From Draconibacterium sp. (GTDB lineage: Bacteria; Bacteroidota; Bacteroidia; Bacteroidales; Prolixibacteraceae): a stretch of 64,000 bases of DNA. Positions 1 through 9,416 of this stretch are shown here, one piece after another. Numbering within the stretch: position 1 is the first letter of the stretch; every line of letters starts with the position of its first letter. The DNA lies in assembly GCA_041393215.1 (NCBI GenBank), contig JAWKKP010000018.1, positions 20,675-84,674 of the forward strand, written 5' to 3'. The position numbers and the translations under genes are program-made. The notes beneath the pieces are model-generated. The model saw nothing but the letters and a program-made list of their open reading frames with translations, had not been told where the DNA came from and ran no database searches.

Positions 1-80
1 TACTTAAAAAAATACATATATTTGTAATGCAAATATCAAGGTTACGTAAAGTAGTTTTTTTAAAAAAGTTCTTTGTAAAG

Positions 81-106
81 TGTAACGAATTGAAAAAAGC
101 AACGTC
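81..106 (+). promoter_or_regulatory. Putative ECF-sigma promoter TGTAAC-N16-CGTC
   Basis: TGTAAC at 81-86 and CGTC at 103-106 with a 16-nt spacer. The same architecture recurs at 2719-2744. Confidence 0.6.
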
Positions 107-169
107 AATAACAAGGAAAACAAGAAAGCAAAAAGGAAAACAACAGAATTAACAGAAACGAACAGAGCC

Positions 170-604
170 ATGAAAACAAAAAACAATGTTCAGAAAACAA
201 TTTTAAGATCAGGTGCAGTAGTAGTAAGTCTTGTATTAATAAGTTTAACAGTTAGTGCACAGGATTTTTGGAGAAAACTTTTGGTTAATAGCAGTATTAA
301 TGAAATTGCTCTCGCTATGTCAGAAACATCAAAAAAAGATGAAATTCCGGCAACTTCGAAGTCTGATTTTTCAGCTGTTTATTTTCTTCAGGAGGAGATT
401 GAAGTACCGTTGCATATTGAAGAGTGGATGACCGATAAAGATAATTTTAGCGATGAAGCTTTTAAGCTTGAAGTTGAGCGGGAAGGTAAATTAGAACTGG
501 AAAATTGGATGTTAAATGAAGATTCATTTGGAAACAGCCAGGAAGGTGAACCAGAATTAGAAATTGAAAACTGGATGGTATCAGAAAGAGTATGGAATAG
601 TTAA
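170..604 (+). CDS. Secreted/periplasmic acidic protein with three E-x-E-xx-L-x-(I/L)-E-x-W-M repeats, function unknown
   Basis: Basic N-terminus, hydrophobic stretch and VSA/Q cleavage-like site. Repeats EVPLHIEEWM, EGKLELENWM and EPELEIENWM. Confidence 0.75.
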   Translation: MKTKNNVQKTILRSGAVVVSLVLISLTVSAQDFWRKLLVNSSINEIALAMSETSKKDEIPATSKSDFSAVYFLQEEIEVPLHIEEWMTDKDNFSDEAFKLEVEREGKLELENWMLNEDSFGNSQEGEPELEIENWMVSERVWNS

Positions 605-669
605 TTTGTTCCATGCTTTATTTTTTTGAGAGGACAAAATTTGTTAGTAATAAAAGAAATATAATAAAA

Positions 670-1005
670 ATGAAGATTGAAAACGCAAAGGCACAAATGA
701 GGAAAGGGGTTCTTGAGTACTGCATTCTGCTTGTACTTCGAGGAGAACCACTCTACGCCAGCGATATCATTGAAGCTTTGAAAGAGGCAAAGATGATTGT
801 AGTTGAAGGAACACTTTATCCGTTGCTTACCAGGTTGAAAAATGCCGGTTTGTTAGGTTATCGTTGGGAGGAATCAACACAGGGCCCACCTCGTAAATAT
901 TATGAGTTGACCGATAGTGGTCGCAAGTTCTTAGGAGAGTTGGAAGATTCATGGAACGAATTAGTTGATGCTGTCGAGAAAATTAAAAATAGCCATACAA
1001 TATAA
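670..1005 (+). CDS. PadR-family transcriptional regulator
   Basis: QMRKGVLEYCIL, EGTLYPLLTRL and GPPRKYYELT motifs. Start moved from 613 to the ATG at 670. Confidence 0.93.
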   Translation: MKIENAKAQMRKGVLEYCILLVLRGEPLYASDIIEALKEAKMIVVEGTLYPLLTRLKNAGLLGYRWEESTQGPPRKYYELTDSGRKFLGELEDSWNELVDAVEKIKNSHTI

Positions 1006-1023
1006 CCAGTCAAAGAAAAGAAA

Positions 1024-2601
1024 ATGAAAAAGACATTTACTATAAATATAAGCGGAACTATTTTTCATATCGAAGAAGATGCTTATGAAGTACTTCAAAA
1101 ATACCTTGTAAACCTGAAAAATCATTTTGGGCCAAGCGAAGAGGGGAAGGAAATAATTTCGGACATTGAAGCTCGAATTGCAGAAATATTTAGTGAAAAA
1201 TCATCAGACGAAAAAAAAGTTATTACGGCTGAATGGGTGAGTGAAGTTATTGGTATTATGGGAACGCCTGAAGACTTTATGCAGGAAGAGGAAGAATCAG
1301 ATGAGGGTTATGCAGATAACGAGGCCAAACGTAAACGTAGATTGTATAGGGATCCTGAACGGAGGGTTTTGGGCGGGGTCTGTGGTGGCTTGGGTGCTTA
1401 CTTCAATATGGATCCGGTAGTACTTCGAATTATCTTTGTTGTGTTGTTTTTTCTTACATCCGGAGCGGCTTTATTGGCTTACTTCATACTTTGGATTGCG
1501 GTTCCGAAAGCAATTAATACTGCCCAGAGACTTGAAATGCGGGGACAGGAAGCTACCGTAAAAAACATTGAACGCTCCATAAAAGAAGAAGTTAAAGAGG
1601 TAAAGGAGAGCTATAAGAGATTTAAAGAATCGGATACCTATTCAAAGGGTAAAAAAGGAGTAGAAACTGCAGGAGATGTGACTTATAGTGTTTTTAAGAT
1701 TATCCTGAAAGTATTTGTAATTATTATTGGTGTTATTCTAATTGTCTCAGGATTCTTTGGTTTGCTCGGATTTATTTCATCGATGATAATAGGGCATTCA
1801 TTTGTTCAGGGATGGCCTATGATTTGGGGACCAGAGATTCATGTTCCGGGATTTCTTAATCATTTTGTTGAACCTGGTACAGTAACATTTGGAATGATTG
1901 CGGTCGGACTCTTAACAGGCATACCACTACTGGCAATGTTATTCGTAGGAACAAAGCTTGTATTCAGGTACAAAACAAACAATACTGCCATTGGATTAAC
2001 GATGGTTGGAATCTGGTTAATTGCCCTGGTTTCGTTAATTGTTGTCTCAGCAAGTCAGGTAGGAAACTATAAAACGAAATCTTCTTTAACCAATACTGAA
2101 ACTATCTCTTGCGACTCCTGCCAAACTCTCTATTTGGAGTTGGGCGACGATAAATATGACGACTATGCAAAAATGGATTTCGAAATTGAAAATTTCAAAG
2201 TTGCAGTGGTCGATGGTGAAGAGGTCATGCTGGGCCAGCCTCAGTTGGATATTGAAAAATCGGGTAATGAAAATTTTTCAATATTGGTAAAAAAAGCTTC
2301 ACGTGGCAGAACAAGAGAAGATGCAAAGGAAGCTACAGAAGATATTATTTACCGATACGAATTAACAGATTCAACTATGGTTTTTGATCCTTATTTCCTT
2401 TTGAAGGAAGGAGTTAAGTGGCGTGGTCAGGAGGTGGAGATAACTGTAAAAGTTCCTGAAGGGAAAGCAGTTTATCTTGACGATGATATGGTAAAAATTA
2501 TTCATGATATTGAAAACGTGTCGAATACCTGGGATGGGGATATGGTAGGAAAAATATGGATAATGAAACCGGAAGGGCTTACAATGAAAGATTCAGATTA
2601 A
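1024..2601 (+). CDS. pspC: PspC domain-containing membrane protein
   Basis: RRLYRDPERRVLGGVCGGLGAYF PspC motif; N-terminal MKKTFTINISG typical of Bacteroidota PspC proteins; several TM helices; follows PadR. Confidence 0.9.
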   Translation: MKKTFTINISGTIFHIEEDAYEVLQKYLVNLKNHFGPSEEGKEIISDIEARIAEIFSEKSSDEKKVITAEWVSEVIGIMGTPEDFMQEEEESDEGYADNEAKRKRRLYRDPERRVLGGVCGGLGAYFNMDPVVLRIIFVVLFFLTSGAALLAYFILWIAVPKAINTAQRLEMRGQEATVKNIERSIKEEVKEVKESYKRFKESDTYSKGKKGVETAGDVTYSVFKIILKVFVIIIGVILIVSGFFGLLGFISSMIIGHSFVQGWPMIWGPEIHVPGFLNHFVEPGTVTFGMIAVGLLTGIPLLAMLFVGTKLVFRYKTNNTAIGLTMVGIWLIALVSLIVVSASQVGNYKTKSSLTNTETISCDSCQTLYLELGDDKYDDYAKMDFEIENFKVAVVDGEEVMLGQPQLDIEKSGNENFSILVKKASRGRTREDAKEATEDIIYRYELTDSTMVFDPYFLLKEGVKWRGQEVEITVKVPEGKAVYLDDDMVKIIHDIENVSNTWDGDMVGKIWIMKPEGLTMKDSD

Positions 2602-2624
2602 TAGTTAACAGCACAAAATTCAAG

Positions 2625-2662
2625 AATTCCCTGTAATGAAAATTGCAGGGAATTTTATTTTT
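2625..2662 (+). terminator. Rho-independent terminator after pspC
   Basis: AATTCCCTGTAAT-gaaa-ATTGCAGGGAATT stem followed by a T-rich tract. Confidence 0.85.
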
Positions 2663-2718
2663 AATGAGTTGTAGCGGCGTTTATTCAGGAATTCCGGGAA
2701 ATTTTATGGATATACTGA

Positions 2719-2744
2719 TGTAATGAACTACTTTCCAAACCGTC
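2719..2744 (+). promoter_or_regulatory. Putative ECF-sigma promoter TGTAAT-N16-CGTC
   Basis: Matches the element at 81-106 in both boxes and spacer; lies upstream of the DUF4252 gene. Confidence 0.55.
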
Positions 2745-2834
2745 ATTAGAATATTAAATTTAATCATAAAATCAAAAAGAAGAATTTTTAGACGTGTCCG
2801 AAACTTTTCTTTTAAAATAATCAAATTAGAAAAA

Positions 2835-3341
2835 ATGAAAGCAATTAGATTTTTAATTTTTATAATCGCGATCTCGATGGTTCAGTTTGTAAACGGGCAA
2901 AGCAAATCAGATAAAATGTATGATGTATTCGCGAATAAGGAAGGTGTTACCAATTTTAGCTTCTCAAAAAATATGGTCGACGCAATAAATATAAATGTGG
3001 GTGAAGATGATGAAGAACAAAAGGTTACAGGAGACTTGCAGCTGATTCGTTTTATGTCGTATAACCCCAAAAAAGGGGAACTCTCGGGTTCTGAATTTAC
3101 AAAAAAGGCTATTGGTTTTTTACCAAAAACATCGTATAAAAAATTCGAAGATGATGGTGATAATGATGCGGAAATATGGCTTTTAGGCGGGAAAAGAAAA
3201 TTTAAGGAATGTCATGTTTTTACAAATAGTGATGACGATGGTCAAATTCGGCTAGTGGTTTCATTTTACGGTGATTTCACTGTTAGCGATTTGGATAAAC
3301 TGAAGAAAAAAAGTGAAGATTTTTCAAATACTGAAGAGTAA
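2835..3341 (+). CDS. DUF4252-like periplasmic protein
   Basis: Signal peptide, then FANKEGVTNFSFSKNM and LVVSFYGDFTVSDLDKL, which resemble DUF4252 proteins. Confidence 0.75.
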   Translation: MKAIRFLIFIIAISMVQFVNGQSKSDKMYDVFANKEGVTNFSFSKNMVDAININVGEDDEEQKVTGDLQLIRFMSYNPKKGELSGSEFTKKAIGFLPKTSYKKFEDDGDNDAEIWLLGGKRKFKECHVFTNSDDDGQIRLVVSFYGDFTVSDLDKLKKKSEDFSNTEE

Positions 3342-3353
3342 TTACACATATAA

Positions 3354-3388
3354 AGCAGCCTGAAATTTTAATCAAATTCCAGGCTGCT
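3354..3388. terminator. Hairpin between convergent genes
   Basis: AGCAGCCTG...CAGGCTGCT inverted repeat. Confidence 0.65.
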
Positions 3389-3508
3389 AAATCTTTTAAA
3401 ATCGGCTATTTCTACGAAATTCTTACTTCAGAATTAAGTGTGTTCAGCAACGGCACTCACGAAATTATGTTTGGGTATAATTTCCTTGGTGGAAATTAGC
3501 ATGCATTC

Positions 3509-6229
3509 TTAATGTTTCAGGAATTTTAAAGAAGAAGTTTTATTGTTTTGAACAACCTGAACAATGTAAACTCCTGCTTCCCAACTATCTACATTCACTT
3601 TTTTATCCATCATATTAACAAAACCGGATTGATAAATTACTCTTCCGCTGGCTGAGAATATTCTGATTTCTGACATAACATTGCTCGATGTAATATTTAT
3701 CTCTGTTTGAGCCGGATTAGGATAGAGTAAAATATTTTCCGACTGAATTTTAATGTCTCTGGCATCTGTAGAAATATCAGGGTCGATAAATTTTCGTGTT
3801 GAATACAGCCGGTATTCTCCCGGAGCCAAAGTAAAGGTTTGCTGCGGCGCATCAAACTCAACAGAATCGCGGCTAAAGTAACGATACCATTTGCCTGATG
3901 CCGGGAAAGTTACTGTGACATTTTTTTGTGTGATATCGAAATTACCTAATGCCACAACATGGTTGTTCCCGTTACTCAGGCGATACCATTTTACAGATCC
4001 TGTTAAATTATAGTCAAAATCATCCGGCGTAAATTCCTCATACGTTTGTTTTAGTTCATTCAGCTTTGCCATTACTTTATAAACATCCGTCCTGTTTGAA
4101 TCATCAAGATAATTCCAATAGGGAGGCTTTTCACCTAAGCGTCCACCAAAGTCGTTAATGGATACATCGTAACCTCGTTCTCCAAATTGCCAAATCATTT
4201 TTGGTCCGGGTAATGGTAAATGAAAAAGAGAGTTTAACTCAATTCTATCCAATGCAGTATTCAGATTTTTGATATTATAATCACCTGACGATAATCCGCT
4301 TTGCTTTATGGTGTACATTATCCGTTCTTCGTCGTGGCTTTCGGGGTACGAAACAAGATTAGGTTCGTTCCAACCTCTTTCACTGTAAATGGCCCACGAC
4401 AAATCTGAACTACCTGTATTTCCTGTAGCAGCCTGCTCGTAGGAACCATGCATATTACCCCAAAGCAGAATGCCATGATTGGCCAGTTCGGTTTCTTCCT
4501 TATTTTCCGAAAGATGTTCCAGAATGACCAGGGCATCATTTTTACGAGCCCAAATCTCGTTAGCCATTCTTTCCAGAATTTGTATTCTGGATGCGTCATA
4601 AGCCCAACCGTCTCCTGGCGTGTTTGTAAATCCTTTGGTAAAATCGAAGCGGAATCCGTCAACTTTATATTCGTTCATCCAAAAACTGTTAACACTGTCC
4701 ACAAGTTCTTTTACAACATCTGCTTCATGGTTGAAATCATATCCCCAACTATAAGCCGAATTTGGAGATGTAACATTGTACCAGGGATTTTCCGGTAGAA
4801 TTATCCAGTTGTTCATGTACATCTGTACAAATGGACTTTGTCCGTAACTGTGATTCAACACCATATCAATCACCACCGCAATTCCTCTTTTGTGGCATTC
4901 GTCAATCAGCTTTTTGAGTTCATTTTTTGGACCGTAATATTTGTCGGGTGCAAAATAGAAAGCCGGATTGTAACCCCAGCTACTGTTTCCTTCGAATTCA
5001 TTTACAGGCATCAATTCAAGTACATTTATCCTTAAATTTTCAAGATAATCCAGTTTTTCACGTACGGCTTTAAATGTGTGTTCTTCTTTAAAATCGCGAA
5101 CAAGCAGTTCATAAATTACCAGTTTGCTTTTATCCGGAATCTGAAAATCGGGGACTTCCCAGTTAAATTCATCCTGACCGGGCTGAAGAACAGATACTAT
5201 TCCGGATGTGATGCTTCCAGGGTAAGGCATTAAATCAGGATACACAGATGAACTTATGTATTTGTCGTCCCAGGGATTTAAAATCTTTTCGGCATAAGGA
5301 TCCGCAATTTTAATTTCCCCGTCAATAAAATATTGAAATGCATATTCTTTGCCTTTTTCAAGATTTGAAATTTCAAGCCAGAAATAAAATCCATCCTTAT
5401 TCATTTTGTATTCTTTAGTGGCTTTCCAGTCATTAAAATCACCAATTACGGAAACCGAATCTTTTAATGGAGCCCAAAGAACAAGTGCCACGGAATTATC
5501 ACTTATGTAATTGATTCCTTTTCTATATTCTTTTGGTTTCGGAACAGTTACAATACCGTCGGACACAAAAACCAAAACCGAATCGCGTTCAATTTCTGTA
5601 TCATCTGCAGCTTCAGCGATAATCCAAGTTTGCCCGCCCTGGTTAAAAAGATAATTTGCAGAAATGGCAGTTCCATTTTCCTGTGCTATAACTTCATCGT
5701 TAATAAATAGTTTTAAAGCTGCGTCTTTCGTGGCTGTGGCTGAAATATTTGCGGATTCGTTTAAATTGAAAAATGATTTATTTGAAGGCTCTGTGATTTT
5801 AACCGTTAAACTGCTGACATCGACATAAAGGTTGTCGGACTGTTTTTTTGAGTCGGAAGAACGAAATACAAAAGCCAGTTTTAAGATTTTTTCTTCGGCA
5901 GGAACATCATAAAAAGTATAAATGTCAGGAGAAATCTCGAGTTCATAAATACCATTTCCCTTGTTGGTTAATTTAGGTTGTGTTGTGTTGTTTCCCCAAT
6001 TTTCGATAACATATTTCCAATCCGTGTCCGATGCACTGCTTTTCGTTATTAACCCTGTGTGTGCGTATAAATCGTCGGTGTAATAACCTAACCTGTCCTC
6101 TTTTGAAGAATCGAAAGTAATGGTAACTTTTTGGTCCGCAAGTGGTAATTCAGGACTGGTTGTTATCTGGGCATTTACAGAAAAAGCAAGTGCCAGAAGA
6201 AATATAATTATGAAAGATTTTGGAAACAT
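3509..6229 (-). CDS. T9SS-secreted GH13 alpha-amylase/pullulanase-type enzyme (N-terminal accessory domain, CBM48-like domain, catalytic domain, T9SS CTD)
   Basis: GH13 regions DMVLNH, DGFRFD, ILEH and SHDEER; C-terminal LLYPNPA...GVYIVQV CTD; signal peptide from the ATG at 6229. Confidence 0.92.
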   Translation of the reverse strand: MFPKSFIIIFLLALAFSVNAQITTSPELPLADQKVTITFDSSKEDRLGYYTDDLYAHTGLITKSSASDTDWKYVIENWGNNTTQPKLTNKGNGIYELEISPDIYTFYDVPAEEKILKLAFVFRSSDSKKQSDNLYVDVSSLTVKITEPSNKSFFNLNESANISATATKDAALKLFINDEVIAQENGTAISANYLFNQGGQTWIIAEAADDTEIERDSVLVFVSDGIVTVPKPKEYRKGINYISDNSVALVLWAPLKDSVSVIGDFNDWKATKEYKMNKDGFYFWLEISNLEKGKEYAFQYFIDGEIKIADPYAEKILNPWDDKYISSSVYPDLMPYPGSITSGIVSVLQPGQDEFNWEVPDFQIPDKSKLVIYELLVRDFKEEHTFKAVREKLDYLENLRINVLELMPVNEFEGNSSWGYNPAFYFAPDKYYGPKNELKKLIDECHKRGIAVVIDMVLNHSYGQSPFVQMYMNNWIILPENPWYNVTSPNSAYSWGYDFNHEADVVKELVDSVNSFWMNEYKVDGFRFDFTKGFTNTPGDGWAYDASRIQILERMANEIWARKNDALVILEHLSENKEETELANHGILLWGNMHGSYEQAATGNTGSSDLSWAIYSERGWNEPNLVSYPESHDEERIMYTIKQSGLSSGDYNIKNLNTALDRIELNSLFHLPLPGPKMIWQFGERGYDVSINDFGGRLGEKPPYWNYLDDSNRTDVYKVMAKLNELKQTYEEFTPDDFDYNLTGSVKWYRLSNGNNHVVALGNFDITQKNVTVTFPASGKWYRYFSRDSVEFDAPQQTFTLAPGEYRLYSTRKFIDPDISTDARDIKIQSENILLYPNPAQTEINITSSNVMSEIRIFSASGRVIYQSGFVNMMDKKVNVDSWEAGVYIVQVVQNNKTSSLKFLKH

Positions 6230-6245
6230 GGTGTGCAAATTAAAT

Positions 6246-6280
6246 AAAAAAGGGGCTGACCGGTTGCCCGGACAACCCCT
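6246..6280 (-). terminator. Intra-locus terminator-like hairpin between the SusE-like gene and the GH13 gene
   Basis: Minus strand AGGGGTTGTCCGG-gcaa-CCGGTCAGCCCCT followed by a T-tract. Confidence 0.75.
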
Positions 6281-6296
6281 GTCGATCTAACTAAAC

Positions 6297-8027
6297 TTAT
6301 TGTTTTGTGATTCTGTATGTAAATCCGGTTGCCGAATCCAGGATCAGTTCGATAAAATAGTCGCCGGCAGTAACAGAAATATTATCGCCGTTGTATTCCA
6401 AAGAGCCATCCACGCCGGTATCACCCAGGTTAATATCCCAACCGTCGTTTGCACGGAATTTTATGCTTCCGTCAGTTAGTGTGATATTTGCGCTCCAGAT
6501 ATTTTCACCTTTTTCAGCAGTCATTGACATGTTGGTATCTTCACCCCATCCACCGGGTGTTGCATCTCCGATTATGCCCCAATATGTTTCGAGTACAGAA
6601 TATGACATATCGTTGAAATTGGTACGAACCCTGTAGAATCCGTCCGTTTCAATAGACAGGTTATCTTCGTCAGCCTGAGCCAGAAAACCTTCCATGGTTT
6701 TGCTTTTTCCGAAGTCGCCATCCCAACCGTTATTCGTCGGAACAAATTTGAAACCAGAACCATCAACCGTAATGTATTGATAGGTGTCGTAAACTCCGGT
6801 TTCTACCATCTGCATCGGGATTGCATTTTCAGGACTCCAGCCGGCAACCACAGAGCCGCCAAGGATTTTTGGATTATCAGCAACGGTTACTGTTTTGGTA
6901 TTCAGGTCAACAACAACAAGGTAATATCCATCAACTGCACCTTCATTTTTAATATTTCCGCCACCGGGGTTAGAACAACCGATGAAATTGTCGAATCTGT
7001 CCGCTCCAATACCGTTATCCCAGCTTCCTTTTACCGGGAAGAATTTAAATTCTTTACCTGCTTTTAAATCATAAACGCCAGTCCATACATTCGGAGAAAC
7101 AAATTTCATTTCGATTGCATTATTGATATCCCAACCAACAGAGGTTGCTTCACCAACAATATATATTGGCTGACTCCAGTTCATGAATTCAATATAAACT
7201 TCAAAAACTTCTTTCATCCAAACAAAGTCGGAGGCAATAGCTTTTACAGTCCATTTGTATGATCCATCTTCGATATCCTTCTGCTCCAATAAAGTTTTCC
7301 ATTCACCCTGGGTCATCGATACCTTGCTTTCTGTTCCGCTCTCATCTGAATCGAGAACAACCAAAGGATTTGAAAAATCTCCGTCAAGGTTATCAAGGTA
7401 AAATTTATAGGTTACACTGCCCGAAGAAACAGTTGCGTCGTCCCAGTCGAATGTCACTGTTTCGGTTTCTTTTGACCCGTCAAGCTGAAGGATGCTTTTA
7501 TCGAGTGGGCTTGTCAGTGCAAAATTTCCAACGCCCACGCTGCTAAGCGCTAACTTTAAAGAATTGGCTACCTGACCATATTTAATGTTCGGAGAGCCGT
7601 TTTCAACTTTTACGTTCCATTTTACTGAAGCTACACCCGAAGCTCCCGCAGCATTATATATCTCCTGTAATTCGCCCAGGGTAAGCGTAACCATAGCGTT
7701 ACTGCCAGAGTTATCAGAAGCTTTTGACCAGATAGGATTTGAAAAATCGCCATCAGGTTTGTCAAAAACAATCGTATAAGTTATTGGGCTTCCCAAACCC
7801 GACTCGGCTTTTCCCCAGTTAAAAACATAGGTTTCAGAGAGTGCTCCTGTATTTATTTTTACAGTGTCGTTATTTTCAGGGCTTGCCAGCTCAAAGCCCG
7901 TTATCGCTTCACCGTTTACCGTGAAATCTCCGACTTCTTCCATGCAAGATGATAACATGGCGATGAAGGCAAGGAATAATATATTTTTAATCCACTTTTT
8001 CATTGTACTAATTTTTTTTGTTGCCAT
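6297..8027 (-). CDS. susE: SusE/SusF-like starch-binding outer-membrane lipoprotein
   Basis: Lipobox MLSSC; two SusE-like N-terminal domains; YIVGEATSVGW and WGIIGDATPGGW...IKFRANDGWDINLG CBM motifs. Start may be 8003. Confidence 0.85.
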   Translation of the reverse strand: MATKKISTMKKWIKNILFLAFIAMLSSCMEEVGDFTVNGEAITGFELASPENNDTVKINTGALSETYVFNWGKAESGLGSPITYTIVFDKPDGDFSNPIWSKASDNSGSNAMVTLTLGELQEIYNAAGASGVASVKWNVKVENGSPNIKYGQVANSLKLALSSVGVGNFALTSPLDKSILQLDGSKETETVTFDWDDATVSSGSVTYKFYLDNLDGDFSNPLVVLDSDESGTESKVSMTQGEWKTLLEQKDIEDGSYKWTVKAIASDFVWMKEVFEVYIEFMNWSQPIYIVGEATSVGWDINNAIEMKFVSPNVWTGVYDLKAGKEFKFFPVKGSWDNGIGADRFDNFIGCSNPGGGNIKNEGAVDGYYLVVVDLNTKTVTVADNPKILGGSVVAGWSPENAIPMQMVETGVYDTYQYITVDGSGFKFVPTNNGWDGDFGKSKTMEGFLAQADEDNLSIETDGFYRVRTNFNDMSYSVLETYWGIIGDATPGGWGEDTNMSMTAEKGENIWSANITLTDGSIKFRANDGWDINLGDTGVDGSLEYNGDNISVTAGDYFIELILDSATGFTYRITKQ

Positions 8028-8029
8028 GA

Positions 8030-8905
8030 TTATTCATATTGTTGAAATTCAAATTCGAAAGCTTTGGTTTGCACAACCGTTACCGATCCATCCTGATTAT
8101 ACACTTCACCGGAGAATACAACCTTGCACTTAACAACATCGTCAATTGACTTTCCCTCGGCAAATTCACCTAACATTTCAGGAAGAAAAGTACAGGCATA
8201 TTCTTCTTCGGATGTAAATGTGGTTGCCAGATCTTCTGCACTTACAACTGCAGTACCGTTTTCATCGAGTAATGAAATAGCTGCTGTAATGTTATCCGCA
8301 ATTTGAAGTTTTGCATCTTCTCCTGATTCAATCTGTGCAAGGTTTAGATACGTAGTAACTACATCTTTAACCGAAACCTGCGATGGAAATGTCCTGAAAT
8401 AAGAGAATTCAAATTCCAGCGGCAACAATGAAATGGCGGTTGCCAAGTCACCAGGAGTTTGTTTACTTCCGTCCTGTGAGCGCAAAAGAAAACCGAATTG
8501 TTTGATTTTTCCTGGCGTATCGCCAACCCCAAATAGTTCTGCAACATTGTGAAATGTAACTTCATTACCGGCGCGTGTAACCGTTTTAGGTAACGAAAGG
8601 GTAAATTTATTTGGGTCTCCGGCAATCGGGTCAAGTTTTGCGTTGGGTGAAATACTTCCCCAACTGGGGCTTCCTTCATCATACACAAGTAATATCTCCG
8701 ATGGACTTAAACCAGGCGCCCAGGCCCAGATATATACATCTGTTAATCCCTGAACAGCGGATCCGGTGACATCAAAAACGATGGTTACATTTTCAGTTAA
8801 CGCATCAATTTCGGATGGTGTTACTGTGAAAGTCGGGGCACTGTTTTGTGCTTTAAGCCCGAATGATCCAAGTATTATTAATAATAGAACAAATATCTTT
8901 CTCAT
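8030..8905 (-). CDS. Secreted PUL accessory protein, possibly glycan-binding (DUF4961-like is uncertain)
   Basis: Signal peptide; N-terminal domain resembles the N-terminus of the downstream GH13; lies inside the sus operon. Confidence 0.65.
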   Translation of the reverse strand: MRKIFVLLLIILGSFGLKAQNSAPTFTVTPSEIDALTENVTIVFDVTGSAVQGLTDVYIWAWAPGLSPSEILLVYDEGSPSWGSISPNAKLDPIAGDPNKFTLSLPKTVTRAGNEVTFHNVAELFGVGDTPGKIKQFGFLLRSQDGSKQTPGDLATAISLLPLEFEFSYFRTFPSQVSVKDVVTTYLNLAQIESGEDAKLQIADNITAAISLLDENGTAVVSAEDLATTFTSEEEYACTFLPEMLGEFAEGKSIDDVVKCKVVFSGEVYNQDGSVTVVQTKAFEFEFQQYE

Positions 8906-8911
8906 GATTTG

Positions 8912-9406
8912 CTAATTTTTAGTAAGAGAATAAGTGTATTTGATTTTAACTTTTCCGGATTCCGCCTGAACTCTGTTTTCCCTGAATTCAACTTTCCCGA
9001 TAATCACATCGGCAAGACTACCCAGTGACACGGTTTGAGTTTCGGTTCCGTTTGTTAAAATAATGGCCGAAGGATAATCACTGTTATTAACCTCCCAGTT
9101 GCCACTTTCAAGCATCTGCATATATGACGATCCTTTGTCGGAAGTAAATGTTCCGTCTTCGTTAAATGTGATCGAAAAATCAGTGTAAGGATGTCCCTGA
9201 AATGCATTGGTCAAATCTTTGGAAGAAGCAAAATCAGGGAAGCTTTTTGATTCAGCGTCCGCATCAATTTGTTCAAATTTTACCATATTCCAGGTTCCTG
9301 AAAGCATCGGGATATAATTTGTCTTTTCTCCAATTGGCGGAATTTCATCCTGCTTGCAGGAGAATATCATTGATGCTATAAATAGTATTACAAATATCTT
9401 TTTCAT
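8912..9406 (-). CDS. Lipocalin-like (DUF5004-like) lipoprotein
   Basis: Lipobox IFSC; LSGTWNM and GNWEV lipocalin-like motifs; directly follows susD. Confidence 0.65.
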   Translation of the reverse strand: MKKIFVILFIASMIFSCKQDEIPPIGEKTNYIPMLSGTWNMVKFEQIDADAESKSFPDFASSKDLTNAFQGHPYTDFSITFNEDGTFTSDKGSSYMQMLESGNWEVNNSDYPSAIILTNGTETQTVSLGSLADVIIGKVEFRENRVQAESGKVKIKYTYSLTKN

Positions 9407-9416
9407 AATTTACTTT

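Noticed and set aside
4-186. Hydrophobic 60-aa minus-strand ORF
   Set aside because: It is the reverse complement of an A-rich leader, which yields Phe/Leu/Val codons, and it overlaps the plus-strand promoter and gene start.
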